From positions 1 through 34,118 of the forward strand of contig JANOTL010000037.1 of NCBI GenBank assembly GCA_031416315.1: a DNA stretch of 34,118 bases. The letters are read 5' to 3'. The first letter of the stretch is position 1. Each line of letters opens with the position of its first letter. Origin of the DNA: Pseudomonadota bacterium (GTDB lineage Bacteria > Bdellovibrionota_B > Oligoflexia > Oligoflexales > CAIYRB01). The notes beneath the pieces are model-generated. The model ran no database searches. It was given only the letters and a program-made list of their open reading frames with translations, and was not told where the DNA came from. This document shows, in pieces, positions 17,901 to 25,982 of the stretch. Position numbers and translations under genes: made by a program.

Positions 17901-18558
17901 ATCCGCCGGAGCTCAAGTAGTTCGAGACCGTGGCGAGCGAGGCGTGATGGAGCGAGGTCGTAACCTTGAGCTGAGCTTCCTCGAAGACGACCTTGCCCAG
18001 GTCGGTCTGGAACGCGGTCGGGGCGTCTTGCGTCGCGCGGACGTCGACGGCCATGCTGTTGTTGTTCTCGTTCGGGTTGGAGCCCTGCAACTCCCAGCCG
18101 GCGCGCTCGAAATAGAGCACGAGGTTGTTGCCGGTTCCGACTTCGGACATGACGGGGACGTCTTTGAAGTGGAAGAAGCCGTCGGCGTCCGACTCGGTCT
18201 CGACCTTTTTCTTGTCCATGTAGGCATAAATCTTCACGCCGGGCAGCGGGGTGTTGGTGTTGTCCGTGCCCTTCCCCGCGACGGTGCGCCCGACGATCGA
18301 GGTCAGCTGGCGGACCTGGTCCTCGGAGATCAAAGGCGCGCCCGCCTCGGGCACGACCGAAGCCGGCGCCGCGGGGCCTGCAGGGGCTGCAGGAGCGGGA
18401 GCGGCGGGCGTGACAACTGCGGCCTTCTTGGTGCCGAAGGCGGAGCCGGAGCCGGCTTTGCCTCCACAGGCCGTGGAGAGCGCGGCGACGAGGCCCAAGG
18501 CGCTCGCCAGGAGCACGGCTCGTTGGCACACAGACGACGTAATGAGACGTACGATCAC
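14992..18558 (-). CDS. Large surface lipoprotein (~1190 aa) with Ig-like/FnIII-like domains and repeated beta modules
   Basis: GGAGGG RBS 7 nt before GTG 18558; lipobox LSTAC; Pro/Ala tether; PLPGVKI...SDADGFFHF, ISLTFNRPID, IKWAKVANARGYNVYW...VVTAVDFDGTES and TLTFSELMD...DTSGN signatures; Thr/Val/Ala-rich. Confidence 0.85.
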   Translation of the reverse strand: MIVRLITSSVCQRAVLLASALGLVAALSTACGGKAGSGSAFGTKKAAVVTPAAPAPAAPAGPAAPASVVPEAGAPLISEDQVRQLTSIVGRTVAGKGTDNTNTPLPGVKIYAYMDKKKVETESDADGFFHFKDVPVMSEVGTGNNLVLYFERAGWELQGSNPNENNNSMAVDVRATQDAPTAFQTDLGKVVFEEAQLKVTTSLHHASLATVSNYLSSGGSTLSGYNPEVYLADPAAAISLTFNRPIDTAYSDSRAANALVEFYDPKGAPIAYTGTWDATKTIYTIDPTADLLADNDDDTNYRIVIARPVRAIFADTGAMHELRDVTVIFNVLPATAGDLLASQAPGLFPQQEAKTAYVFDAKKLYKKGLQGASAVDDYVDNTSPTFHIKWAKVANARGYNVYWRNTFEQKNGIWSKHNGPELTPFGDESRPDGTFTYAISNLYTTLTVDTQFVAGEQVQFVVTAVDFDGTESSINTVAQPLAISDTYKPVIEKVTNADQTLKSRRAEWLNPTSTRKMTLTFSELMDAAAPADQPTLAMLSGALTSVVASESMWMTRKEWQTDLALTFKRPQATLTVPAFLDQAEIYVDPALAGTFGQNDTILVKLATDLVDVDNFARRTISHVDTISGRLKLSADLDHDFPVGSVVRLIETPAIRGLTSVETKTVGIHLAGVAEVVITTDTGAQFHKGQSIRFVIDDEEGYVTLATASIDVVEASKLKLTAQLQKDIPAGATIVDGDVDVDGEELKTRASISGVTITMANDINLMFTDVDQAATNLASNFATATDTELDEIVVADATLFAPNDVVTIAASTSNQATTAAQTVATVIPLTAHGYQTGEEIIIDGQYLTRNISVANLNTAGFTVSENVALMAGETVQIFDPEQNLTLTATASITAAASVINVNDASGLVVGQSVTLDDGVFVTSRVITTIATNAVTLAADPGYVTHSYPTSTKARRAALGPTGATINGTSTTGATFTLTGAVGIVSTKGQLIVDRAPLRRTVGTIVSANEIPVAATRLLPQGTAIKLMSYEETFRIETIERDFNKLNFTTNVRYAHRAGAAVKKSRHDWLEYGGDAQVAVLSPALRVGDTIAFDTLTPAAALYANADRIFGVVNAIDTERSRVRIAIAKDGVTVGSTASFTFMGDAVKVSVTPDTSGNALLGTHSTTVNLRTTGGQDPVAPATVLTIPVR

Positions 18559-18626
18559 GGTCAAACCCTCCGCTTCATCTGGGGGGATCGGAGATGATTG
18601 AAGAAACTGAAGCGGGGAAGATTGGA

Positions 18627-18635
18627 ACTATAGCA
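18627..18635 (-). promoter_or_regulatory. Extended -10 promoter candidate (TGcTATAGT) for the large lipoprotein gene
   Basis: TGn-TATAGT in the AT-rich divergent intergenic region, about 70 nt upstream of the start. Confidence 0.5.
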
Positions 18636-18679
18636 AGAATCGTTTAACCTCAAAGGCAATCAGCCTCTTGAGGAAGTGG

Positions 18680-19351
18680 ATGCGGAAGTTCCTGTGGTTG
18701 CGTTTGGCTATGGTCGGAGCCGTGGCTCTTGCCGGGGCCGCGCCAATTGCCGAGGCCAAGGGGGCAAAGAAGGGCAAGAAGCTCCGCTCCCACTGGATCC
18801 GGCCCCAGGGCGAGATGGGCTACGAGTGGTACAACGTCGCGGGCGGCGGCGGCCCGACGGTCGACATCTCAGGCTTTCACTTCGCGGCGCCCGTCGTGGT
18901 GGACTTCGTCGTCTTACCGCACATGCTCCACGGCTACGGCTTGGGCGGCTTAGGCTTCGGCTTCGGCTCCGGCAAAGAAGGCCTCGACGTCGCGACCGTG
19001 AGCTTCAAGTTCAATCCCGTCTACCTGCAGCTCGGCGGCGGCCTCTCCTACGAGGTCATCAAGAAGCTCAACATCGAGGGCGCTCTGAAGCTCGACTTCG
19101 GCTTCACCGGCAGCGCCGAGGCGAAATCGCAGTTCGGCACGACGGGGTACGACATCATCCTGTTCAGCCGCACGCATTTCAACCTGCCGGCGGTGCGCTA
19201 CGAGATCAACCGGCGCATGGCGGTGGGTGGCGGATTCGCTTTTTATTCCGGAAAGATACAACTCAAGGATCTGAACGAGGGCGTCAACGCCAACGAGCAG
19301 AAGATCTCGAGCGGGAAGTCTCTGACCTTCTTCTTCGGCTATACCCTCTAA
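18680..19351 (+). CDS. Outer-membrane beta-barrel protein, function unknown
   Basis: GAGGA RBS; signal peptide ending AEA; Gly/aromatic amphipathic strands; ends LTFFFGYTL. Confidence 0.75.
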   Translation: MRKFLWLRLAMVGAVALAGAAPIAEAKGAKKGKKLRSHWIRPQGEMGYEWYNVAGGGGPTVDISGFHFAAPVVVDFVVLPHMLHGYGLGGLGFGFGSGKEGLDVATVSFKFNPVYLQLGGGLSYEVIKKLNIEGALKLDFGFTGSAEAKSQFGTTGYDIILFSRTHFNLPAVRYEINRRMAVGGGFAFYSGKIQLKDLNEGVNANEQKISSGKSLTFFFGYTL

Positions 19352-20109
19352 AGGCAGGCGACGTTCGCGAACGCCGCGTCTTTGCCAGCCCAACAGACCT
19401 TGGCGCCGCTGGGACCGAGCATCGCGCCGGCTTTCGAGGCACGGCTCCAGGAAAACGTGCGCTCGCCGCTCTCGGCGCGGTCGAAGTAAACGAGCGCCGC
19501 GGCGTCGCCGGATAGCGAGTACGTGACCGTGGAGCCGCCGCCGAATTTTTCGGAGGCCGGGCGGTCGGGGCTCACAACGTAGGTGAGCGTTTTCGCCGTC
19601 GGGCTCGCGTAGGCGTAGGTGACGGAGAAGCGCTCGGAAAACTGCCAGGTGCCGTTGCCTCGATCGTCGGAGGCGCCGGAGAAGACTTCGGAATCGCGAG
19701 TAGAATCATGCATGATCCAGGCCCATGAGGACCCGCTGCGTTCGGTGCCGGTCAAGGCGGCGCCTTCGAGGCTCCAGAGGTAGGTGTTTTCGGCGAGGAG
19801 AGCCGGGGTGGCGAGCTCGGCTTGCGCGAGAAGCGCTCCGGGAGCCGCCAGATGCGCGGTGATGTTGGCGTCGACGGTCGCTAGGTAGAGCGCTGCGGTG
19901 GAGTAGTTCGATCCGGAGGTGGACGCGTTCGTCGGCAGGCCGTGGTCCAGGGACAAAGTGCCAGATGCGGGGACAGGGGGCGCGCCGTCGGGGAACCGGG
20001 TGTTGGGGGCGTCTTCGTCTCTCTTGACCTTGCCGCAGGCGGCGGCGAGAGCGAGGGCGAGAGCGAGGGCGAGGGCGAGGGCGAGGGCGCAGATCGGGGC
20101 GAGACGCAT
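19348..20109 (-). CDS. Lipoprotein, function unknown
   Basis: GGAGG RBS before ATG 20109; (AL)7 hydrophobic core and LAAAC lipobox; C-terminal Cys pair. Confidence 0.75.
   Translation of the reverse strand: MRLAPICALALALALALALALAAACGKVKRDEDAPNTRFPDGAPPVPASGTLSLDHGLPTNASTSGSNYSTAALYLATVDANITAHLAAPGALLAQAELATPALLAENTYLWSLEGAALTGTERSGSSWAWIMHDSTRDSEVFSGASDDRGNGTWQFSERFSVTYAYASPTAKTLTYVVSPDRPASEKFGGGSTVTYSLSGDAAALVYFDRAESGERTFSWSRASKAGAMLGPSGAKVCWAGKDAAFANVACL
20047..20088 (-). repeat. Hexanucleotide microsatellite (GCYCTC)7 encoding the signal-peptide core
   Basis: Seven consecutive gccctc/gctctc units on the minus strand. Confidence 0.9.
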
Positions 20110-20151
20110 TGCGTGGACCTCCGTGGGAGATCGTAGCACGGCATGCACGGT

Positions 20152-21741
20152 CTACGCCGCGCGCTCCTCGCGGGCGGATTTTGCGGCGATCTTGCTCATG
20201 GCGCGCTCGGCCATGGCGGTGATGGTGAGGCTCGGATTGACGCCTAGATTCGCGGGGACGGCTGCGCCGCCGACGACGAAGAGGCCGGGGTACGCGTGCA
20301 CTTGATGCGCCGCGTCGATGACCCCGCCTTCGGCCGAGGTGCCCATGGGGCAGCCGCCGAGGACGTGCGCGGTGACGCTCATGCCGAGGACGTCCGCGAT
20401 CGAGCCGCCGGCGCGGCCGCCGAGCTGGGCCGCCATCTCCGTCGCGAAGCGGTTGCCCGCCTCGATATGGAGCGGAGGTCTGCCTTCCGGCGGATACTCG
20501 GCGCGGAGGCGGCCGGTCCACTTGAAGCGGAGCTTGCTGTCGAGCGACTGCATGACGAGGAGGATGACACTGTTCGAGGCGAAATTCTGCGGCAGGAAGT
20601 GGCGCGTGAACTCGATCGGGTGGCGCAGCGCAAATCGCGCCGCGCGCGCGACCCGGGCGAGGATGGTCTTGCCAGAGACGAGCGGCATGCCGAAGAGCGC
20701 CATGGCGTTCGAGCCGCGGGGATAGCGGACGGCCTCGATCTTCGTGTGCGCGTCGGGATGGACGCCGGCGGCGATGGCGATGCCCTGCCACAGGTCTTTC
20801 TCGGCGCCGGGCGTCCTCACGCCGAGGATCGACTCGCTGTTCGTCCGAACCTCGTGGCCGAGCGTCGCGGAGAGCTTGGGCAGCGCTCTCGCCTCGTCGC
20901 GCGAGCGGAAGAGTAGACGCAGGGTGCCGAGAACGCCGCCGGCGAGCACGACGTGCGGCGCGCGGTAGGTTTCCTTGCGGCGCGCGAAGATGCCGGGCTC
21001 AACGGTCTCGACCTCGTAAGTGCCGTCCGCGAGCGCGCGCACGACCGTCGCCTCGCGCTCGGCGACGATCTCGACGCCGCGCTTCTCCGCAAGATAGAGG
21101 TAGTTCTTCACGAGCGTGTTCTTGGCGTTGTTCCGGCAGCCGACCATGCAGCCGCCGCAGCGCGTGCAGGCGTTGCGCGCGGGTCCTTCGCCGTTGAAAT
21201 AAGGGTCGGGAGCCGCGGCGCCGGGACGCGCGCCGGGCGGGCCGAAGTAGACCCCGACGTTCACCGGCTTGAAGGTGTGGCCGTAACCCAAGCGCGTCGC
21301 GGTCTCATGGAGCGCGCGGTCGGCGGGCGCGTCGGTCGGCGCGGCGACGACGCCGAGCATCCGGCGCGCCTCGTCATAGTGGCTGCGGAGCTCGGCGTCC
21401 CAACGGTCGACGCCGACGTCCGTCGGCCACGAGGCGCCGGCGAAGGCCTCCGGCGTCGGCTCGATGAGCGTGTTGGCGTAAACGAGGCTGCCGCCACCGA
21501 CGCCGGCTCCCGAGAGCACCATGAGGCCTTTGAAGAAGTCGAGGCGCATGATGCCACGCAGCCCGAGCCGAGGCATGAAGACGAACTTGCGCAGCGCCCA
21601 GTTGGTTTTGGGAAAGTCGCCGTCGGCGAAGCGCTTGCCGGCCTCGAGGACCAGGACCTTGTAGCCCTTCTCCGCGAGCCGCAAGGCAGCGACGCTGCCG
21701 CCGAAGCCGGACCCCACCACGATGTAATCGTAAGCTTGCAC
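20152..21741 (-). CDS. GMC-family oxidoreductase, cholesterol oxidase (ChoD)-like
   Basis: VVGSGFGGSV, GAGVGGGSLVYAN, CTRCGGCMVGC, AKNTLVKNYLYLAE, TAHVLGGC and NLGVNPSLTITAMAERAM motifs. Confidence 0.9.
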   Translation of the reverse strand: MQAYDYIVVGSGFGGSVAALRLAEKGYKVLVLEAGKRFADGDFPKTNWALRKFVFMPRLGLRGIMRLDFFKGLMVLSGAGVGGGSLVYANTLIEPTPEAFAGASWPTDVGVDRWDAELRSHYDEARRMLGVVAAPTDAPADRALHETATRLGYGHTFKPVNVGVYFGPPGARPGAAAPDPYFNGEGPARNACTRCGGCMVGCRNNAKNTLVKNYLYLAEKRGVEIVAEREATVVRALADGTYEVETVEPGIFARRKETYRAPHVVLAGGVLGTLRLLFRSRDEARALPKLSATLGHEVRTNSESILGVRTPGAEKDLWQGIAIAAGVHPDAHTKIEAVRYPRGSNAMALFGMPLVSGKTILARVARAARFALRHPIEFTRHFLPQNFASNSVILLVMQSLDSKLRFKWTGRLRAEYPPEGRPPLHIEAGNRFATEMAAQLGGRAGGSIADVLGMSVTAHVLGGCPMGTSAEGGVIDAAHQVHAYPGLFVVGGAAVPANLGVNPSLTITAMAERAMSKIAAKSAREERAA

Positions 21742-21821
21742 GGGGGTTTTTTCGGCGAGTCGGCACGCGGCTTGACGGAAAACTTGATGCGGCTTTCGGG
21801 TTTCCTTGTAAAATCCCGGCT

Positions 21822-22157
21822 ATGTCCAACAACCGCGACTTCTTCCGCCTCGAGTATCCGGCCGCCGATCGGCCGACGATCGTCGTCAGCGGCATGACTT
21901 ACGAGGTGCTCGACCTGTCGGAGGAGGGCGTGAAGTTCGCGGTGCCATCGAGCTTCAAGCCGAATCCGGCGCTGAAGATCCGCGGCACGATCACGTTCAA
22001 AGACGGAAAATCGGTCGACGTGGTCGGCACGGTCCTGCGCATCCTCGAGCGCAAGGACAAGAACCAATGCGTCCTGACGCTCACGTCCGGCGTGCCCTTG
22101 CCCAAGATGATGGAGGAGCAACGCTACCTCCTCAAAAAATACCGCGGCATGGAATGA
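21822..22157 (+). CDS. Stand-alone PilZ-domain protein (c-di-GMP receptor)
   Basis: RDFFR (RxxxR) and DLSEEG (DxSxxG) motifs; 111 aa. Confidence 0.85.
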   Translation: MSNNRDFFRLEYPAADRPTIVVSGMTYEVLDLSEEGVKFAVPSSFKPNPALKIRGTITFKDGKSVDVVGTVLRILERKDKNQCVLTLTSGVPLPKMMEEQRYLLKKYRGME

Positions 22158-24016
22158 GCTCCCGCCGCCGCTTTCTCGAGTTTCGCCGGACGCTCGAGCA
22201 GGCGGCGGCGGCGAAGAGGGCCAAGGAGAAGGTCGAGAAAGCGGATCGCCGGCGGCATTTGCGCGGCTATCTGCAATGGCTTAGGCCCTGGCGGGCGAGC
22301 TTTGCCGGGATCTTCGCGCTCGCCGTGGTCGGCATGGGGCTCGAGCTCGTGCTGCCGATGGCGACGCGCTCGATCATCGACGAGATCCTGATGGTGCCCG
22401 GCGGCGATCAGGCGGCGAAGCTCGGCCGGCTGCACTGGACCGCGGGGGCCGTCGCCGCGACTCTCGTTTTCGCGCAGCTGCTCGAGGCCCTGCGAAACTA
22501 CCGGATGTCGGCGTTGAACGCGCGGGTCATCTTCAGCTTGCGACGGCGCCTCTACGACCGGCTCTTGCGCCTGCCGTTGGCGACGCTCACCGATCTGAAG
22601 ACCGGCGGGGTCGTGTCGCGGCTGTCGAGCGACGTCGACCACCTCACGGGGCTCGTGCAGATGGCGGTGATCTCGCCCGGCGCCGCCTTGCTCAAGGTGC
22701 TGGCGACGATGGCGATCCTGGTGAGCCTCCGCTGGCAAATGGCTTTGGTCGCCGCGGCGATGCTGCCGCCTCTCGTGTGGGTGAGCCTGCTTTACGTCAC
22801 GCGCGCGCGGCCGATCTACCGGTCGATGGCCGACGACCGCACGGCCGTGGACGGCCGCGTCGCGGAGACGTTCGGCGGGATCCGCGTCGTGCGCTCGTTC
22901 CAGCGCGAGGCGAAGGAGCGGCACGACTACTCGGTCGGGCATCACACGATCATTCGCAAAAACTTGCTCGCCGAGACGGTGCATCTGGCGATCGACGGCG
23001 GTTGGTCCCTCTTGATGCCTTTGACGAGCCTCGCGATCGTCTGGTTCGGCGGGACGATGGTGCTGGCAGGCGGCGCGACCATCGGCGACATCGTCGCGTT
23101 TCAGATGTATTCGACGATGCTCTTGGCCCCGGTGTGGCGGATCGTCGTGTCCTTGAGCCAGACGCAACGCTCGCTCGCGGCGATGGACCGCGTCTTCGAC
23201 CTGCTGGAGAAAGAGCCGGCGATGCCGGATCGTCCCGGGGCGCGGCCAGCGCCGGCGCGCGTCGAGGAGCTCCGCTTCGAGCGGCTGAGCTTCGGCTACC
23301 TTCCCGAGAAGCTGGTCTTGCACGACGTCGACCTCGTCCTCCCCGGCGGCAAGACGATCGCCCTGGTCGGAGCAAGCGGCGCGGGCAAGACGACGCTGAC
23401 GGACCTGGTGGCGCGCTTCCAGGATCCGACGGCGGGTGCCGTGAAGCTGAACGGCGTCGATCTGCGCGATTTGCAGCTCCACAGCTATCGGGCGCGGCTC
23501 GGCGTCGTGCCGCAGGAGGTCTTTCTCTTCGACGGGACCGTGCGCGAGAACATCTCGTACGGGCGCCGGGACGCGCCCTTCGATGCGGTGCGGAAGGCGG
23601 CGGAACGGGCGAATGCGCATCGGTTCATCGCCGAGCTCGAAAGCGGCTACGACACCTTGATCGGCGAGCGCGGCGTGAAGCTCTCCGGCGGACAAAGGCA
23701 GAGGCTCAGCATCGCGCGGGCGATCCTCGCGGATCCGGAGATCCTGATCCTCGACGAAGCGACGTCCTCTCTGGACTCCGAGAGCGAGCTGCTGATCCAG
23801 GAGGCGCTGGCGCAGCTCTTTCGCGACCGGACGACGTTCGTCATCGCGCATCGCCTGAGCACGATCATGCACGCGGATCTGATCGTCGTGCTTCACGAAG
23901 GACGCGTCGTTGAGACGGGGCAGCACGCGGAGCTCCTAGCGCGCGGCGGCCTCTATGCGAAGATGGTCAAAGTCGGAGCTCGAGCGCATGGAACGGGACA
24001 CCAGGCCGATTCGTGA
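22154..24016 (+). CDS. ABC exporter, fused permease + ATPase (MsbA/Sav1866-like)
   Basis: Multi-TM domain; Walker A GASGAGKT, LSGGQRQR, ILILDEATS, IAHRLST. ATG 22154 overlaps the PilZ stop (ATGA). Confidence 0.93.
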   Translation: MSSRRRFLEFRRTLEQAAAAKRAKEKVEKADRRRHLRGYLQWLRPWRASFAGIFALAVVGMGLELVLPMATRSIIDEILMVPGGDQAAKLGRLHWTAGAVAATLVFAQLLEALRNYRMSALNARVIFSLRRRLYDRLLRLPLATLTDLKTGGVVSRLSSDVDHLTGLVQMAVISPGAALLKVLATMAILVSLRWQMALVAAAMLPPLVWVSLLYVTRARPIYRSMADDRTAVDGRVAETFGGIRVVRSFQREAKERHDYSVGHHTIIRKNLLAETVHLAIDGGWSLLMPLTSLAIVWFGGTMVLAGGATIGDIVAFQMYSTMLLAPVWRIVVSLSQTQRSLAAMDRVFDLLEKEPAMPDRPGARPAPARVEELRFERLSFGYLPEKLVLHDVDLVLPGGKTIALVGASGAGKTTLTDLVARFQDPTAGAVKLNGVDLRDLQLHSYRARLGVVPQEVFLFDGTVRENISYGRRDAPFDAVRKAAERANAHRFIAELESGYDTLIGERGVKLSGGQRQRLSIARAILADPEILILDEATSSLDSESELLIQEALAQLFRDRTTFVIAHRLSTIMHADLIVVLHEGRVVETGQHAELLARGGLYAKMVKVGARAHGTGHQADS

Positions 24017-24470
24017 ACGAGACGATCCAGCCGGTGTCTTCGAAGCCGATCTTCGCAAGAAGCTTGGCGTTCGCCGCGGAGGCTGTGACGGTCAGACTCT
24101 TTAGGCCGCGGGCGCGGGCGTGGGCCAGCCTAGCGTCGTTGAGCGCGCTCGCCAGACCCTGACCGCGAGCGGCGGCGGCGACGACGAGCTTGCCGAAATT
24201 GCCGACGGGCAAAGGCAGCGGACGCCGGTGCTCGTGCCAGATGCCGCCGTCCGGACTCGCGAGCAGGACGTCGTGCTCAGTGAGCCGCGCGCAGGCGACG
24301 ATGCCGCCCGCGTCGTCGCGGACGACCCAGTGGCGGGCCTCGGCGTCGAACGCGTCGAGCCAGATGCCGGTGGCGGCGAGCTCGGGCGCAAGGACGCCCT
24401 CGGCGCGCCAGACGGCGACTCGATGCCGGCCTATGGCCTCGAGGCCTTGCTGGTCGCCGGACGCGAGCAT
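23967..24470 (-). CDS. GNAT-family N-acetyltransferase
   Basis: KLVVAAAARGQGLA acetyl-CoA motif; NAKLLAKIGF. Start uncertain; the track extension to 24842 is antisense to the next gene. Confidence 0.75.
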   Translation of the reverse strand: MLASGDQQGLEAIGRHRVAVWRAEGVLAPELAATGIWLDAFDAEARHWVVRDDAGGIVACARLTEHDVLLASPDGGIWHEHRRPLPLPVGNFGKLVVAAAARGQGLASALNDARLAHARARGLKSLTVTASAANAKLLAKIGFEDTGWIVSFTNRPGVPFHALELRL

Positions 24471-24557
24471 TTCGACGCGGTTTGGCAGGCCCGACTCCTC
24501 AACTGGCAGCCGGTAGAGTAAACTATCGATACGCAAAGCGAAAACCTGGAGTCCCTC

Positions 24558-25364
24558 ATGTTGCCGCAACATTTCGCCTCGCTCGTCCCGGTCCTGGCGG
24601 CCGTTTATGCGTTCTCGGCGGTGCCGGCCTTCGCGGCCGAGTCGGGTCCCCTCGTCGACGCTGACGGGAAACCGCTGCTCCTGGCCAAAAAGAAGAAGAA
24701 AAAGAAGAAGAAGGAAGAGGACGACGGCGACTTCGGACCGCCCGACGTGGCGGCGATCGAGGGCGACGGGGACTCCGGCGTCGGCGTGCACCGCGAGCAG
24801 GAAGGCGTGGATACGCCGTACAAAATGGAAATCCAGGGCCAAGGCGACATCTCGTCGGTCTCACGTAAGGTGGGCGAGGGCGACGCGGTGAGCGAGACGC
24901 AGGTGAGCATCGCCAGTGGCGGCGTCTTCCTGCTCGGGAAGATCGGGATCGGCGGCGAGCTCGCGATCGACTACTCCGGCGGCGAGACCGATCAGACCAC
25001 CACGGAAGGGGGCGTGCCGAAAACCGAGACGGTCGACACCTCGACGCTCGGCGTCAGCATCGGGCCGCTCTTCAAATTCAATTTCGGCAAGGTCGACTCC
25101 GCCCTCCTTCTCCCTTACGTCGCGGTGAGCCTGGGTTACCGCATGGCGTCGACGACGATTGGCAAGGACGACCCGATCAAATCAAGCGGCTACTACGCCA
25201 AGTTCGGCGGCGGCCTCAACATCTTCCTCGACAGCAACGTGGCGATCAACCCGGGACTCCAGTACCGGATCGTCAACGACAAGACCGAGCCGAAAGTAGG
25301 CGACCCCGTGGAATTCAGCGAATCCGGCATCCATTTCCTCGGCGGTTTCGCGATCTTTCTCTAG
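24558..25364 (+). CDS. Outer-membrane beta-barrel protein with Lys9/acidic N-terminal tract
   Basis: GGAG RBS; signal ending AFA; PYVAVSLGY, FGGGLNIFL and INPGLQYR strands; ends FLGGFAIFL. Confidence 0.8.
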   Translation: MLPQHFASLVPVLAAVYAFSAVPAFAAESGPLVDADGKPLLLAKKKKKKKKKEEDDGDFGPPDVAAIEGDGDSGVGVHREQEGVDTPYKMEIQGQGDISSVSRKVGEGDAVSETQVSIASGGVFLLGKIGIGGELAIDYSGGETDQTTTEGGVPKTETVDTSTLGVSIGPLFKFNFGKVDSALLLPYVAVSLGYRMASTTIGKDDPIKSSGYYAKFGGGLNIFLDSNVAINPGLQYRIVNDKTEPKVGDPVEFSESGIHFLGGFAIFL

Positions 25365-25397
25365 TCGTCCGCGGCCCGCGGTGGTTTAATCCGCGGC

Positions 25398-25982
25398 ATG
25401 GCGAAGCTATATTTTCGCTATGGCACGGTGGGCAGCGCCAAGACGCTGAACCTTCTGGCCGTAGCTCATTCGTACGAGCAGCAGCTGAAGACGGTCTTCG
25501 TCCTGAAGCCCGAGCTCGACACGCGCTTTGGTCGGGACACGATCAAATCGCGCGCCGGGCTCGAGCGTGACGCGGATCTGTTGGTTCGCGCGGACAGCAA
25601 ATTGCCGCTGGAGCGCCTGCAGGGCGTGCACTGCGTTCTCGTCGACGAAGCGCAGTTCATGAGCCCCGCGATCGTCGAGCAGCTGCGCGCCGTGGCGACG
25701 GATCTCGGTGTGCCGGTGATCTGCTACGGGCTCCGGACGGACTTTCGCGGCGCCTTGTTCGACGGCGCCAAGCGGTTGATGGAGCTTTCGGACGACATCT
25801 CCGAGGTCAAGACGACGTGCTTCTTCTGCACGCGCAAGGCCGTGTTCAATTTGAAGCTCGCGAACGGCAAGCCGACGCGACAAGGGCCCGTGATCGATCT
25901 CGGCGCCGAGGAAAAGTATCTGCCCGCCTGCGCGAAGTGCTATGACGGCAAGTTGCGCGAGGCCGAAGGAGCGACGTTTTGA
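25398..25982 (+). CDS. tdk: Thymidine kinase
   Basis: MAKLYFRYG, VDEAQF, PVICYGLRTDF, CxxC zinc ligands; P-loop variant GTVGSAKT. Confidence 0.95.
   Translation: MAKLYFRYGTVGSAKTLNLLAVAHSYEQQLKTVFVLKPELDTRFGRDTIKSRAGLERDADLLVRADSKLPLERLQGVHCVLVDEAQFMSPAIVEQLRAVATDLGVPVICYGLRTDFRGALFDGAKRLMELSDDISEVKTTCFFCTRKAVFNLKLANGKPTRQGPVIDLGAEEKYLPACAKCYDGKLREAEGATF

Noticed and set aside
16066..18597. 843-aa ORF and other long overlapping ORFs (4773-6644, 4852-6618, 22124-23926, 26929-29046)
   Set aside because: Shadow frames of high-GC genes; low-information composition and no motifs.
23967..24016. 50-nt convergent overlap of the ABC and GNAT genes as antisense regulation
   Set aside because: Short tail-to-tail overlaps are common in compact GC-rich genomes; no further support.
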